Below, in pieces: positions 37,873-46,746 of a stretch of DNA of 64,000 nt. The notes beneath the pieces are model-generated. The model was given only the letters and a program-made list of their open reading frames with translations, was not told the DNA's origin and did no database searches. Source of the DNA: Candidatus Caldarchaeum subterraneum (GTDB lineage Archaea; Thermoproteota; Nitrososphaeria_A; Caldarchaeales; Caldarchaeaceae). Every line of letters starts with the position of its first letter. The stretch's first letter is position 1. The stretch covers positions 12,422-76,421 of the forward strand of contig CALHAG010000001.1 in the NCBI GenBank assembly GCA_937934305.1. Direction: 5' to 3'. The translations under genes and the position numbers were made by a program.

Positions 37873-38781
37873 ATGGCGAACAGTAACAGACGGAGTAACC
37901 GTAGGGCTCGGAAAATCCTCAAATCAGTGGCCACCTACGTCGCCGTAGTTGTGACAGTTGGTTTCTTCATCTTTCCGCTTTTCTGGCTTATCGCAACCTC
38001 TCTCAAGACAAGAGCACAGGCCTTCAGTACGCCCCCTCTCTTCATATGGGAACCAACGTTTAGAAACTTTATTGACATATTCCTCAAACGCCAGACAGAG
38101 ATAGAAGCTATTACGGGACAGGAGCTTGAACTCGCAACAGGAGCTGAAATCTTTTTCTTTAACAGCTTCGTTGTCACATCCTTCAGCATAGCGCTCGCAA
38201 TCGTGATAGGCGTCCTCGCGGCATACAGTTTCTCCCGATACAAGCCACTCGGCACCAACACGCTGATGTTCTTCATCCTCTCCACGAGAATGCTTCCCGG
38301 CATAGTGGTCGCCATCCCCATCTACTTCTTTTACCGTTCCATAGGCCTCTACAACACATACCTTGGGTTAATACTGCTGTACACAATGTTCAACCTGCCC
38401 TTCGCCATCTGGATGATGAAAAGCTTCTTCGACGACATACCCAAGGACATTGAGCAGGCGGCCTTTGTAGACGGCTCGTCACCTCTAAGAGTTTTCAGAA
38501 AAATTGCGCTTCCGCAGGTTTCCGTGGGCTTGGGCGCGACAATAGGCTTCCTGATAATCAACGTCTGGAACGAGTTTCTCTTCGCATTGTTGTTGACAGA
38601 GCGGACAACACGTACAGTGCCAGTCCTGATAGCCAGCACAAGAGGCGAGGTCGGAATCAACTGGGGCCTTATAGCCGCCATCGAAACCCTCTACATACTG
38701 CCCGCACTCGTTCTAATCTTCCTGCTGCAGCGTTACCTACTCCGCGGAATGACTTTCGGCACAGTCAGAGGTGGCCAGTAA
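37873..38781 (+). CDS. Sugar ABC transporter permease (MalG/UgpE-like)
   Basis: 302 aa, 6 TM. Immediately follows the first permease. Its stop abuts the ATPase ATG. Confidence 0.75.
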   Translation: MANSNRRSNRRARKILKSVATYVAVVVTVGFFIFPLFWLIATSLKTRAQAFSTPPLFIWEPTFRNFIDIFLKRQTEIEAITGQELELATGAEIFFFNSFVVTSFSIALAIVIGVLAAYSFSRYKPLGTNTLMFFILSTRMLPGIVVAIPIYFFYRSIGLYNTYLGLILLYTMFNLPFAIWMMKSFFDDIPKDIEQAAFVDGSSPLRVFRKIALPQVSVGLGATIGFLIINVWNEFLFALLLTERTTRTVPVLIASTRGEVGINWGLIAAIETLYILPALVLIFLLQRYLLRGMTFGTVRGGQ

Positions 38782-39864
38782 ATGACCCGTGTCGAAGTCA
38801 AGTCGTTATGGAAATCCTTCGGCAAGGTCCAGGCGCTGCGGGGCCTGGATGTCACGGTTGAGTCAGGCGACATAGTTGCGTTGCTCGGGCCTACAGGAGC
38901 CGGTAAGACCACTTTGATGAAGTGTATAGCAGGTGTGGAGAGGCCGGATAAGGGTGACATATTATTCGACGGCGAAAGCGTGTTGGATACGCCGCCTTGG
39001 GAGAGAAACGTTGCTATGTTCTTCCAAACGTATGCACTTTATCCGCACATGAGTGTTTACGACAACATCGCCTACCCGCTTAGAGAGAGAAAAATGGCGG
39101 AGAACGAGATTAAAGACATAGTGCAGAGAGTTGCCGAGAAGCTGAGAATATCGCATCTACTCGGCCGGAAAGAGCCTGCTACGCTCAGCGGCGGGGAGAT
39201 GCAGCGCGTGGCTCTGGCCCGCGCCCTTGTCAGAGAACCCCGTGTCCTCCTTCTAGACGAGCCCATCTCAAACCTTGACGCAAAACTTCGAGAAGAAATG
39301 CGGGCCGAGTTTAAACGATTACACCGAGAACTTAAACGAACCCTCATCTACGCTACGCCCGACTACTTAGAAGCCTTTGCTGTCGCGGAGAAAATCGCTT
39401 TGATAAACGAAGGACAGGTAATACAATATGATACGCCGATAAACATCTTAAGAAAACCCCGCAACAAGTTTGTCGCAACCTTTGTCGGCAGCCCCACAGC
39501 AAACATACTACGGGGTGTAATAAAGCTCGGCAAAGAAAACCTTCTCCTGGACACTGGAGAGTTTCAGCTGACTCTGAACAAAACCGGTCTAAGAAACATA
39601 GACGGCAGAGAGGTGGAGGTTGCAATAAGGCCCGTAGATGTGGTGCTCGAGCCTGTTTCTGGACAAAACCTGTTAAGAGCCAGAGTGGTTTCCTCTGAGA
39701 AACTCGGAACTCACACCATCGTCACGTTAAAGGTCTCCAACGTAGAGATGAAAACTGTTGTCAAAGGAATAAAGAACTACAGATACGGTGAAGAGGTGAA
39801 AATCGGTATAGAGGGTGATAAGCCGCTTTTGTTTGACGCCGCATCTGGCGAGGTGCTCGGCTGA
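38782..39864 (+). CDS. Sugar ABC transporter ATP-binding protein (MalK-like), copy 1
   Basis: Walker A 'GPTGAGKTT', ABC signature 'LSGGEMQRVALARAL', Walker B 'LLLDEPISNLD'. MalK-type C-terminal regulatory domain. Confidence 0.9.
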   Translation: MTRVEVKSLWKSFGKVQALRGLDVTVESGDIVALLGPTGAGKTTLMKCIAGVERPDKGDILFDGESVLDTPPWERNVAMFFQTYALYPHMSVYDNIAYPLRERKMAENEIKDIVQRVAEKLRISHLLGRKEPATLSGGEMQRVALARALVREPRVLLLDEPISNLDAKLREEMRAEFKRLHRELKRTLIYATPDYLEAFAVAEKIALINEGQVIQYDTPINILRKPRNKFVATFVGSPTANILRGVIKLGKENLLLDTGEFQLTLNKTGLRNIDGREVEVAIRPVDVVLEPVSGQNLLRARVVSSEKLGTHTIVTLKVSNVEMKTVVKGIKNYRYGEEVKIGIEGDKPLLFDAASGEVLG

Positions 39865-40128
39865 ATGAAATTGAAAAACGTTATCGAAAAGATTGGTTTG
39901 GCGCTGTGTTTTGCGGGACTGGCGCTGTTGTTCCAACCTTTCACGGATAGGCTTCTACTCTACGGCTTCATTATCATCGGAATAGGCGGCTTCATGTATG
40001 TCTATACGACATACATTCCTGACGAGGCAGATGGAAAGACCATGGTCAAATGGTTTGTGACACTGGTCGGCACAGTGGTCTTCTTCGTGGTGTTATCAAT
40101 TTATTTAGTGCCGATTCTGGTGGTGTAG
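39865..40128 (+). CDS. Tiny 2-TM membrane protein between the two ABC ATPase genes
   Basis: 87 aa. Its ATG starts immediately after the ATPase-1 stop. Strongly hydrophobic, no motif. Its 3' end overlaps the likely start of ATPase 2. Confidence 0.3.
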   Translation: MKLKNVIEKIGLALCFAGLALLFQPFTDRLLLYGFIIIGIGGFMYVYTTYIPDEADGKTMVKWFVTLVGTVVFFVVLSIYLVPILVV

Positions 40129-41225
40129 AGAAGTTGGTCAGTGTTGAGGCGCGAGCGGTTTCAAAATTTTTCAAGACAACAAAGGCCCTTGACAACGTGA
40201 GTTTGGTTGTTGACGACGGCAGTTTCTTCTGTCTGTTGGGGCCCAGTGGTTCGGGGAAAACCACGCTCATGCGGATTCTAGCTGGACTAGAGACGCCTAG
40301 CAGTGGTCGTGTATACTTTGGCGGAGAAGATGTCACCGACCTCTCGCCCTCGCAGCGTAACATCGCCATGGTTTTCCAGTTCCCATCCATCTACCCGAGC
40401 CTCAACATCTACGAAAACATAGCACTGGCGCTGAGGCGGGAAACCTCCGACCCTAATGAGATACGTGAAAGAGTTATGCAGGTCGCCTCACTTCTAAAAA
40501 TAGAGGAGCATCTCAACAAGAAAAGCCATCAGATAGACTTCGGTATTTTGCAGAGGGTTTCGATAGCGAAGGCTATTGTGAGAAAAGCAAATGTTTACAT
40601 CTTCGACGAGCCGTTAAGCAACCTCGACACAAAACTGCGAGAAACTCTGCGGTCAGAGTTTCAGAAAATACATTCCGAAGTTCGGGGCACGTTTCTCTAC
40701 GTTACACATGACCAGCTCGAGGCTATGGCGATAGCGGATAAAATCGGCATACTAAACAACGGTAAACTTCTGCAGGTTGGTTCGCCAGATGAGATTTACA
40801 GCCAGCCTGCGAACAGGTTTGTCGCATACTTTATCGGCTCACCGACCATAAACCTCATCGAGAGCGAGGTCAGGTTGGTGGAGAACACAGTCTACGCCTC
40901 TGTTGGAGACGGATACATACCCCTAAACAACAAGGCCTTGAAACTTTTCCAGACATCGCGGGAGCCGAGAAAAATCATCCTCGGCATAAGGCCCCATGAA
41001 ATCTCTCTAAGCAGAGAGCCTTTGCATAACGCGTTGCCAGCTGAAGTGAGCCTCATAGAGTCGCTTGGAACAGCTCAGGTCATCGAGCTACGAAATGGCT
41101 CAACCGTCTTCAGATGCTATGTGGACGGTCTCTCCGACTTTAAAGAAAAGGAGAAGGTATACGCCGTGTTCAACATCGAAGCCATCTACGCGTTCGACCC
41201 GAAAACAGATGAGAGAGTTTTCTAA
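40125..41225 (+). CDS. Sugar ABC transporter ATP-binding protein (MalK-like), copy 2
   Basis: Walker A 'GPSGSGKTT', signature 'ILQRVSIAKAIV' (degenerate LSGGQ), Walker B 'IFDEPLSNLD'. The ORF runs from 40050. An alternative start near 40125 avoids most of the overlap. Confidence 0.8.
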   Translation, partial: VEKLVSVEARAVSKFFKTTKALDNVSLVVDDGSFFCLLGPSGSGKTTLMRILAGLETPSSGRVYFGGEDVTDLSPSQRNIAMVFQFPSIYPSLNIYENIALALRRETSDPNEIRERVMQVASLLKIEEHLNKKSHQIDFGILQRVSIAKAIVRKANVYIFDEPLSNLDTKLRETLRSEFQKIHSEVRGTFLYVTHDQLEAMAIADKIGILNNGKLLQVGSPDEIYSQPANRFVAYFIGSPTINLIESEVRLVENTVYASVGDGYIPLNNKALKLFQTSREPRKIILGIRPHEISLSREPLHNALPAEVSLIESLGTAQVIELRNGSTVFRCYVDGLSDFKEKEKVYAVFNIEAIYAFDPKTDERVF

Positions 41226-41231
41226 TTCAAG

Positions 41232-41789
41232 ATGACTCAGGTGCCCCCGTGGTGGCGCGTCTATCTTGAGCCGAAGCCAGGCTGGGATGCTGCAGATTAC
41301 GAGGAGGTTTTGAAAGAGTTTGAGAAGAAGCCTCCGAATAGGCAGCTTCTCAGCCCCATTTTAGCGGGGTTCATAGCTGGCGTGGTGCAGGCGAATGGCT
41401 CGCTAGGATATCTCAAAATTCTTCAAAACCCTGAAACATACACTCCTTTCACCGAGATAAAATGTGATGTGGAGACTTTGAATTTTATTTCGCGGCAGAT
41501 TAATGATGGCTGGGGGTTTGTAAGTGAGAGAGGTGCTCGACTGATTGTCATAGGTCTTCGCTGCATTCTTTTGCTGAAGATTATCGGCCCTTATCTACGC
41601 GGCTGGAAATACAGGGCCTATGACGCGATAATAGGTAACGGCTACAAGTTGCATGGGCCGATGCTGGAGAAAATTTTTCAAACCTATGAGCTGGACTATG
41701 GGCTGAGAACAGTCTCGATAGAGGGAAAAAAATTTAGGATGTATGTTTTTAGAGGGAAATTACCTCAGCAGGGAGACCTTAAGTCTTAG
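41232..41789 (+). CDS. Hypothetical protein
   Basis: 185 aa. Contains 'LAGFIAGVVQANGSL', which loosely resembles a degenerate LAGLIDADG motif. Otherwise unrecognised. Confidence 0.3.
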   Translation: MTQVPPWWRVYLEPKPGWDAADYEEVLKEFEKKPPNRQLLSPILAGFIAGVVQANGSLGYLKILQNPETYTPFTEIKCDVETLNFISRQINDGWGFVSERGARLIVIGLRCILLLKIIGPYLRGWKYRAYDAIIGNGYKLHGPMLEKIFQTYELDYGLRTVSIEGKKFRMYVFRGKLPQQGDLKS

Positions 41790-42185
41790 GCCTTCGGGCC
41801 CCGCTTTCCCCTCGGCCACTCCAAGAGTCCAATTGAGAAACCTGTATTCGGGAATCTGTGTGTGGAAGAATATGAACAGTCTTATCGCGAGCCCGTCTTT
41901 AGATGGGACAGCATATCCCTGCCTAATCCCCGAAATAATTCCCTTGTCGGTTGTTATTGTTTCTCTGACGTATACGTGGACTACGTCGCCGACCTCGGTT
42001 TTGACAATTGTTCCATAATCTATACCTTCATAGGTGCCGTTTATCTTGCCTTTGACGGTGCCTTTCATGTGGAAGTTGGAACGGCGTCCGTATGGTGTCT
42101 CGCCTATCTCCTCGGTTCTGACAATATTTGCCTCCAGTTCATAGAAAGGCTCAAGCTCCATGCTTGTCACCTCTCGACAACCCAT
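41760..42185 (-). CDS. Hypothetical beta-rich protein
   Basis: 141 aa, Gly/Thr/Val-rich (possibly DUF3224-like). Coding-like compared with the two ORFs on the opposite strand. Confidence 0.3.
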   Translation of the reverse strand: MGCREVTSMELEPFYELEANIVRTEEIGETPYGRRSNFHMKGTVKGKINGTYEGIDYGTIVKTEVGDVVHVYVRETITTDKGIISGIRQGYAVPSKDGLAIRLFIFFHTQIPEYRFLNWTLGVAEGKAGPEGLRLKVSLLR

Positions 42186-42979
42186 GAATGCTCCGTGGCG
42201 TAGCGAAGGCTTTCACCTGGGTTGAGAAACACGAGCTTTGTCGAAGGCGACATGACGGAAACAGCTTGTTTAAGCTTCTCCTTATCCAGCCTCTGCCTCG
42301 GGAAAGTGTCGTAGTGGCAGGGGATGGCCAGTTTGGGCTTGAGTATTTTACATGCATATGCGAATTCTCTCACACCCATGTTGTATTGGCCGCCAGCGGT
42401 CATAATGCATATCTCCGGGCTGTAGAGCTCCTGTATCATATGCATCTCCATGGAGACGCCTGTGTCTCCCGAGAAGTAGATGACCGGCCCGTCTTCAGGG
42501 GTAATGATGTAGCCGACCGGTGCATCGGGGTATCTTGTCTTGTTTTTGATGTAGTCGTAGTGCATGATGCTGCTTGAGTGGAAAGCGGGGACAGCGGTGT
42601 AGGTGACTTTGTTGATGGTGCAGCTTCCGCCAACGTTTATCGGATACATCCAGTATTTTCTACCAGCCTTTTCATCTGGTTCAGAGTCATAGGGGATGCC
42701 GTAGATGTCCGCATACATACCCACTTCAGGTGTGCAGACAAGGCATGCTCCTGTCTTTTTGACTATCTCGATGGCGTGGCCAAGGTGGTCGATGTGTCCA
42801 TGTGAGACGAGAACCACGGTGGCATCCTTAACGTCTTCAAGCCCGATTGGGCTGACGGGACTGTTCCCCGCGCCGCTTTCGAGAGGCGTTTTGAGCCAGG
42901 GGTCGATATAGATTACCTCGTTTCTCCACTTTATGGAGAAGGATGCATGTCCGATAAAGTTGATAATGATTTCGGACAT
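42167..42979 (-). CDS. Metallo-beta-lactamase-fold hydrolase
   Basis: 'VVLVSHGHIDHLGH' HxHxDH motif. 270 aa. Confidence 0.8.
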   Translation of the reverse strand: MSEIIINFIGHASFSIKWRNEVIYIDPWLKTPLESGAGNSPVSPIGLEDVKDATVVLVSHGHIDHLGHAIEIVKKTGACLVCTPEVGMYADIYGIPYDSEPDEKAGRKYWMYPINVGGSCTINKVTYTAVPAFHSSSIMHYDYIKNKTRYPDAPVGYIITPEDGPVIYFSGDTGVSMEMHMIQELYSPEICIMTAGGQYNMGVREFAYACKILKPKLAIPCHYDTFPRQRLDKEKLKQAVSVMSPSTKLVFLNPGESLRYATEHSWVVER

Positions 42980-43012
42980 CGTGCTCTCATCCTCTGCAAG
43001 GTATTTTAACTT

Positions 43013-44011
43013 TTAGCGACCGCTTTTCTTCAGAGCTTTTAGAACCTTCTCAGGAGTTATCGGCAAATCTGTTATCTGTACACCAATCGCGTCATACACA
43101 GCGTTCACGATGGCGGGCGCGATGCTGTTGACAACCATCTCGCCGACGCCTTTCGCGCCGAATGGACCAGTCGGCGTCGGTGACTCAACAATCTTGGCGA
43201 CTATTTCGGGGATGTCGCCGGCGGTGGGCAGGACGTAGTCTCGGAAGCTGGTTGTCTGGAAGTCGAGGACGGGATAGCGTGGATAAACTGTTTCAGTCAA
43301 GGCTGCGCCCATGCCCATCACAATGCCGCCGATTATCTGAGACTCGACGAGTTGTGGATTGATGGCCTTGCCCACTTCATACACCGTGTAGACCTTCAAG
43401 ACCGTGACGAACCCTGTCTCCGTGTCCACTTCAACCTCCGCAACTGTGCATCCATGCGCCATGGTTGAGTGCGGGTCGGATGCACCGGTTTCGGGGTCTA
43501 CAGAGCTTTTCGGCTTGACGTAGAACCCTTTGCCTACAACAGGGGTGTTGTAGGTGAACTGAGCCTGGCTAATAACCTGTTTAACCTCCACGCTTTTGTC
43601 AGTAACTCCCTTGACCCAGACTCTTCCTTCACGTATCTCGAGGTCGTTGGGGGAAGCCTCAAGCATCTTGGCCGCGGTGTTCAACACGATTTCACGTATC
43701 TCCTCAGAGGCTTTTATCACAGCGTTACCCATTCTATGGGTTGACCTGCTCGCGAAGGTGCCTGTGTCATGGGGCGCGGACTCTGTGTCACCGAACCTCA
43801 CCTCTATGTCCTCGACCGGGACGCCAGTTATCTCTGACGCAATCTGCGCCAGCACAGTCTTTATCCCCTGCCCAAGCTCCACGCTTGCCACATTAACCAC
43901 GAGCCTGCCATCAGGCTGCGCCACGATAACCACTTGGCTCGGGTCTCCGCCCAGGTTCATACCGGTCGGATAGTTTATTGCAGCTATTCCTCTTCCCCTA
44001 AGCTTCGCCAT
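43013..44011 (-). CDS. Xanthine dehydrogenase/CODH-family molybdopterin-binding subunit, C-terminal part
   Basis: The ORF runs to 44176 but its first ~55 codons are Arg-rich and look non-coding. The preferred start is 'MAKLRGRGIAAINYP' at 44011, preceded by AGGTGA. Contains 'EVGKAINPQLVESQIIGG'. Confidence 0.75.
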   Translation of the reverse strand: MAKLRGRGIAAINYPTGMNLGGDPSQVVIVAQPDGRLVVNVASVELGQGIKTVLAQIASEITGVPVEDIEVRFGDTESAPHDTGTFASRSTHRMGNAVIKASEEIREIVLNTAAKMLEASPNDLEIREGRVWVKGVTDKSVEVKQVISQAQFTYNTPVVGKGFYVKPKSSVDPETGASDPHSTMAHGCTVAEVEVDTETGFVTVLKVYTVYEVGKAINPQLVESQIIGGIVMGMGAALTETVYPRYPVLDFQTTSFRDYVLPTAGDIPEIVAKIVESPTPTGPFGAKGVGEMVVNSIAPAIVNAVYDAIGVQITDLPITPEKVLKALKKSGR

Positions 44012-44022
44012 TTCATTCACCT

Positions 44023-45378
44023 CTAAGAAGAGAGTTGAAGAAGATGGGGTGGTAGCTTGACGCCGGCGAGGGCGGCGGCTTCCTTCATAACCTCGATGAG
44101 GTAAGCGTCGTCTATGGGTCTGCCTGTGGCGGTTACTTGGTTGTTGCGGTAAGCGTTGATGAATCGGAACTCCCACGAGTCTATACCGAGTTTGCGGGCG
44201 GCCCTCTCCATATGCAGCTCAACCGCGTAAGAGACCTCGAAAACGCCGTAGCCGCGCATCGCGCTTGACGGCTGACGATTCGTGAAAACACAGTATCCTT
44301 CGTAGCGGAGGTTCTCAATGTTGTAGGGCCCTGAAAGGTTTACCGTCGATTTTATGACACCATATGGCGATGTGCGAGCATATGCTCCCGCGTCGTGGAG
44401 TAGTTTGGCTTTTCTACCAAGTATGCGGCCCTCTCTCGACAAGGCATCTTTCAGCTCTATTTTGACAGCTGGCCTCGTCGTTGATATGGTGAACTCTTCT
44501 TCTCTTGTCCATCTCCATTTGACTGGCCTGCCGACAACCATTGCAGCCACCGCGACCTGCATCTCAAACTCTGGATCAACCTTGGCACCAAACGCTCCTC
44601 CCACATGGGGAGAAACAACTCTTATGTTTGAAGCGGGGATGTTCAGTATTGTCGCAACGTTGTCTCTCACGAAGTAGGGTGCCTGCGTCGGCGTGTAGAT
44701 GGTTAATTTTCCAGATGGCTCGGGCTTGGCCACGCAGATGTGAGGCTCCAGCGGAGCATGCTCAATCGGTGGAATCAGGTAACTACCCTCCACCACCTCG
44801 TATGCATTAGCGAAAGCCTGCTCAACATTACCCCTCTTCACCAAGAAGTACGGCCGCTTAGGTGAACTTGGCGGAGTAGCACCATCCATGCCGCCGCCGA
44901 ACATAAACACATTAGACCCCCATTTCTTTATAGCCGGCGCACCAGGTTTAAGCGCCTCCTCCATATCGAGAACAGGCGGCAACTCTTCGATGTCAACCTC
45001 GACAAGGTTCGCAGCCTTCGCAGCCGTTTCCTCATCTTTTGCGACCACAAGGCATATGGCTTCTCCCTTGTAGTTCACCTCATCCTCGGGTAAAACCGGC
45101 TCATCCGGCGGACCCACCCCAAGTCCCGCCAAGTTGACGTGATAATTGTTTGGCACATGTTTTGCGGTGATGATTTTGACGACACCGGGGATTTTCTCGG
45201 CTTTCGAGTAGTCGATTTTCTTGATTTTTCCACGTGGAACCGGGCTTCGGACAGCTTTAATCCACAGCATGCCAGGGAAAGTTATGCTGTCTATGTACTG
45301 TGTTGCACCCGTGACGTGATTAACGATTGAACTGTTCTGCAAACTTTTCCCGACAACAAAGTAGTTGGACATGCTCAT
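44023..45378 (-). CDS. Xanthine dehydrogenase/CODH-family molybdopterin-binding subunit, N-terminal part
   Basis: 451 aa with an Ald_Xan_dh hammerhead-type N-terminus ('VTGATQYIDSI...MLWIKAVRSP'). Ends 12 nt before the start of the C-terminal part. Confidence 0.75.
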   Translation of the reverse strand: MSMSNYFVVGKSLQNSSIVNHVTGATQYIDSITFPGMLWIKAVRSPVPRGKIKKIDYSKAEKIPGVVKIITAKHVPNNYHVNLAGLGVGPPDEPVLPEDEVNYKGEAICLVVAKDEETAAKAANLVEVDIEELPPVLDMEEALKPGAPAIKKWGSNVFMFGGGMDGATPPSSPKRPYFLVKRGNVEQAFANAYEVVEGSYLIPPIEHAPLEPHICVAKPEPSGKLTIYTPTQAPYFVRDNVATILNIPASNIRVVSPHVGGAFGAKVDPEFEMQVAVAAMVVGRPVKWRWTREEEFTISTTRPAVKIELKDALSREGRILGRKAKLLHDAGAYARTSPYGVIKSTVNLSGPYNIENLRYEGYCVFTNRQPSSAMRGYGVFEVSYAVELHMERAARKLGIDSWEFRFINAYRNNQVTATGRPIDDAYLIEVMKEAAALAGVKLPPHLLQLSS

Positions 45379-45830
45379 CGCCTCGCAGCAGATTTAACAG
45401 CCTTCACAATCGGCACGTAGCCCGTGCATCTGCAGAGGTTGCCCGCGAGAGCGTCGAAAATCTCCTCATCACTTGGCGACGGGTTTTTGTCGAGGAGAGC
45501 TTTGGCAACCAGAACCATACCGGGTGTGCAGTATCCACACTGTGCTGCATTATTCTCCACAAACTTCTTCTGCAGAGGACTCAGCTCATGGTCGGACAAC
45601 AAACCAGCAACTGTGGTGACTTTTTTATCATTTACCGATGCTGCGAAAGTGAGACAGGAGTACCGCAGCTTGTCGTCGACCAGAACCATGCATGCGCCAC
45701 AGCTCCCCTCGCCGCAGCCATAGTGAACAGATGTTAAACCCAGTTTGTCGACCAGAACCTTCAGCAGAGTATCGGTCGGTTTTACATCGACTTCTACAAG
45801 CTGACCATCCAGATAGAACCTTATCATCAT
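45375..45830 (-). CDS. [2Fe-2S] ferredoxin-type small subunit of the molybdoenzyme (CoxS/CutC-like)
   Basis: 'CGEGSCGACMV' and 'CGYCTPGMV...CRCTGY' cysteine clusters. 151 aa. Confidence 0.9.
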   Translation of the reverse strand: MMIRFYLDGQLVEVDVKPTDTLLKVLVDKLGLTSVHYGCGEGSCGACMVLVDDKLRYSCLTFAASVNDKKVTTVAGLLSDHELSPLQKKFVENNAAQCGYCTPGMVLVAKALLDKNPSPSDEEIFDALAGNLCRCTGYVPIVKAVKSAARR

Positions 45831-45837
45831 TTCTGAT

Positions 45838-46647
45838 TCACCGAGATGATGTTAGACGGGTTAAAATTCTTTTGTACAGCACTCCGGCGAGGTGGCGTAG
45901 ATATTCTCTTGAGACAAGACCTGTGTCAGATGCTTCTTCGGCTACGTTCTGGGCCGTTGTCTCAATCAGTTCCTCGGATATTTTTTGGCCTAGCAACATT
46001 TTCTCAACTCTTGATGCTCTGTAGGGATGAGGAGTTAGCCCACCTACCGCCACGCCAACTCTCTTAACTTTGTCAACAGAATCCAGCGCTACAGAAACGG
46101 ATGCCAAAGTCTGGCCTCCATATTTGTAGATGCTCTGTTTCATGAACATCGAGTGTTTGGGCGGTTTTCCTATCCGAATAGCGATTAACAGCTCGTCGCT
46201 GCGAATGTTGTAGGTAAGCGGCCCTTTGTAAAACTTTGTGAGCGGAACAATTCTTCTGCCCCGTGAGCTACTCATTATGAGCTGTGCATCGAGGCTGAGC
46301 AGAGCCGTGGCCATGTCTCCACCAGGAGCCGGTGTAAAGATGTTGCCGCCGATGGTTGCGTTTTGCTTCAAAGCCAATCCATGTATCCCCTTAGCGGCTT
46401 CCAAAAGACAGTTAGGAACTCCGTCGCTCTCCAATATCTCAGCCGCGGTCGTGGTGGCGCCGATTTCAATCATGTTACCCTTCTTCTTAACATAATTTAG
46501 CGGAAGATTCTCGAGAGATATTATGGCCGCAGGCGAGATCAGCATCTTCGTGACAAGCTGAACAGACGCCGTTCCACCAGAGACGACAAGAGCCGAATCC
46601 CTGTAGAGCTTTTTTAGCTGGAGAGCCTTATTAACCGATTCAGGCAT
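45838..46647 (-). CDS. FAD-binding medium subunit of the molybdoenzyme (CoxM/CutB-like)
   Basis: 'ALVVSGGTASVQL' FAD-binding PCMH-type domain. Start at the internal Met preferred, because the ORF's first 26 aa look like a spurious hydrophobic extension. Confidence 0.75.
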   Translation of the reverse strand: MPESVNKALQLKKLYRDSALVVSGGTASVQLVTKMLISPAAIISLENLPLNYVKKKGNMIEIGATTTAAEILESDGVPNCLLEAAKGIHGLALKQNATIGGNIFTPAPGGDMATALLSLDAQLIMSSSRGRRIVPLTKFYKGPLTYNIRSDELLIAIRIGKPPKHSMFMKQSIYKYGGQTLASVSVALDSVDKVKRVGVAVGGLTPHPYRASRVEKMLLGQKISEELIETTAQNVAEEASDTGLVSREYLRHLAGVLYKRILTRLTSSR

Positions 46648-46746
46648 CAGAAAAGACTCATTTATCTCTTTCAAGGCGGTCACTAAACCGAAAAACACTA
46701 ATATAAGTGTTATCATGTTTTTCATGTCTGAAATCTTAAATATTGG

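Noticed and set aside
44011-44176. 154-nt overlap between the two molybdopterin-subunit ORFs, initially suggesting a frameshifted pseudogene
   Set aside because: The upstream ORF has a proper stop. The downstream coding sequence starts at an ATG 12 nt later, preceded by AGGTGA. The overlapping segment of the downstream ORF is an Arg-rich out-of-frame artefact.
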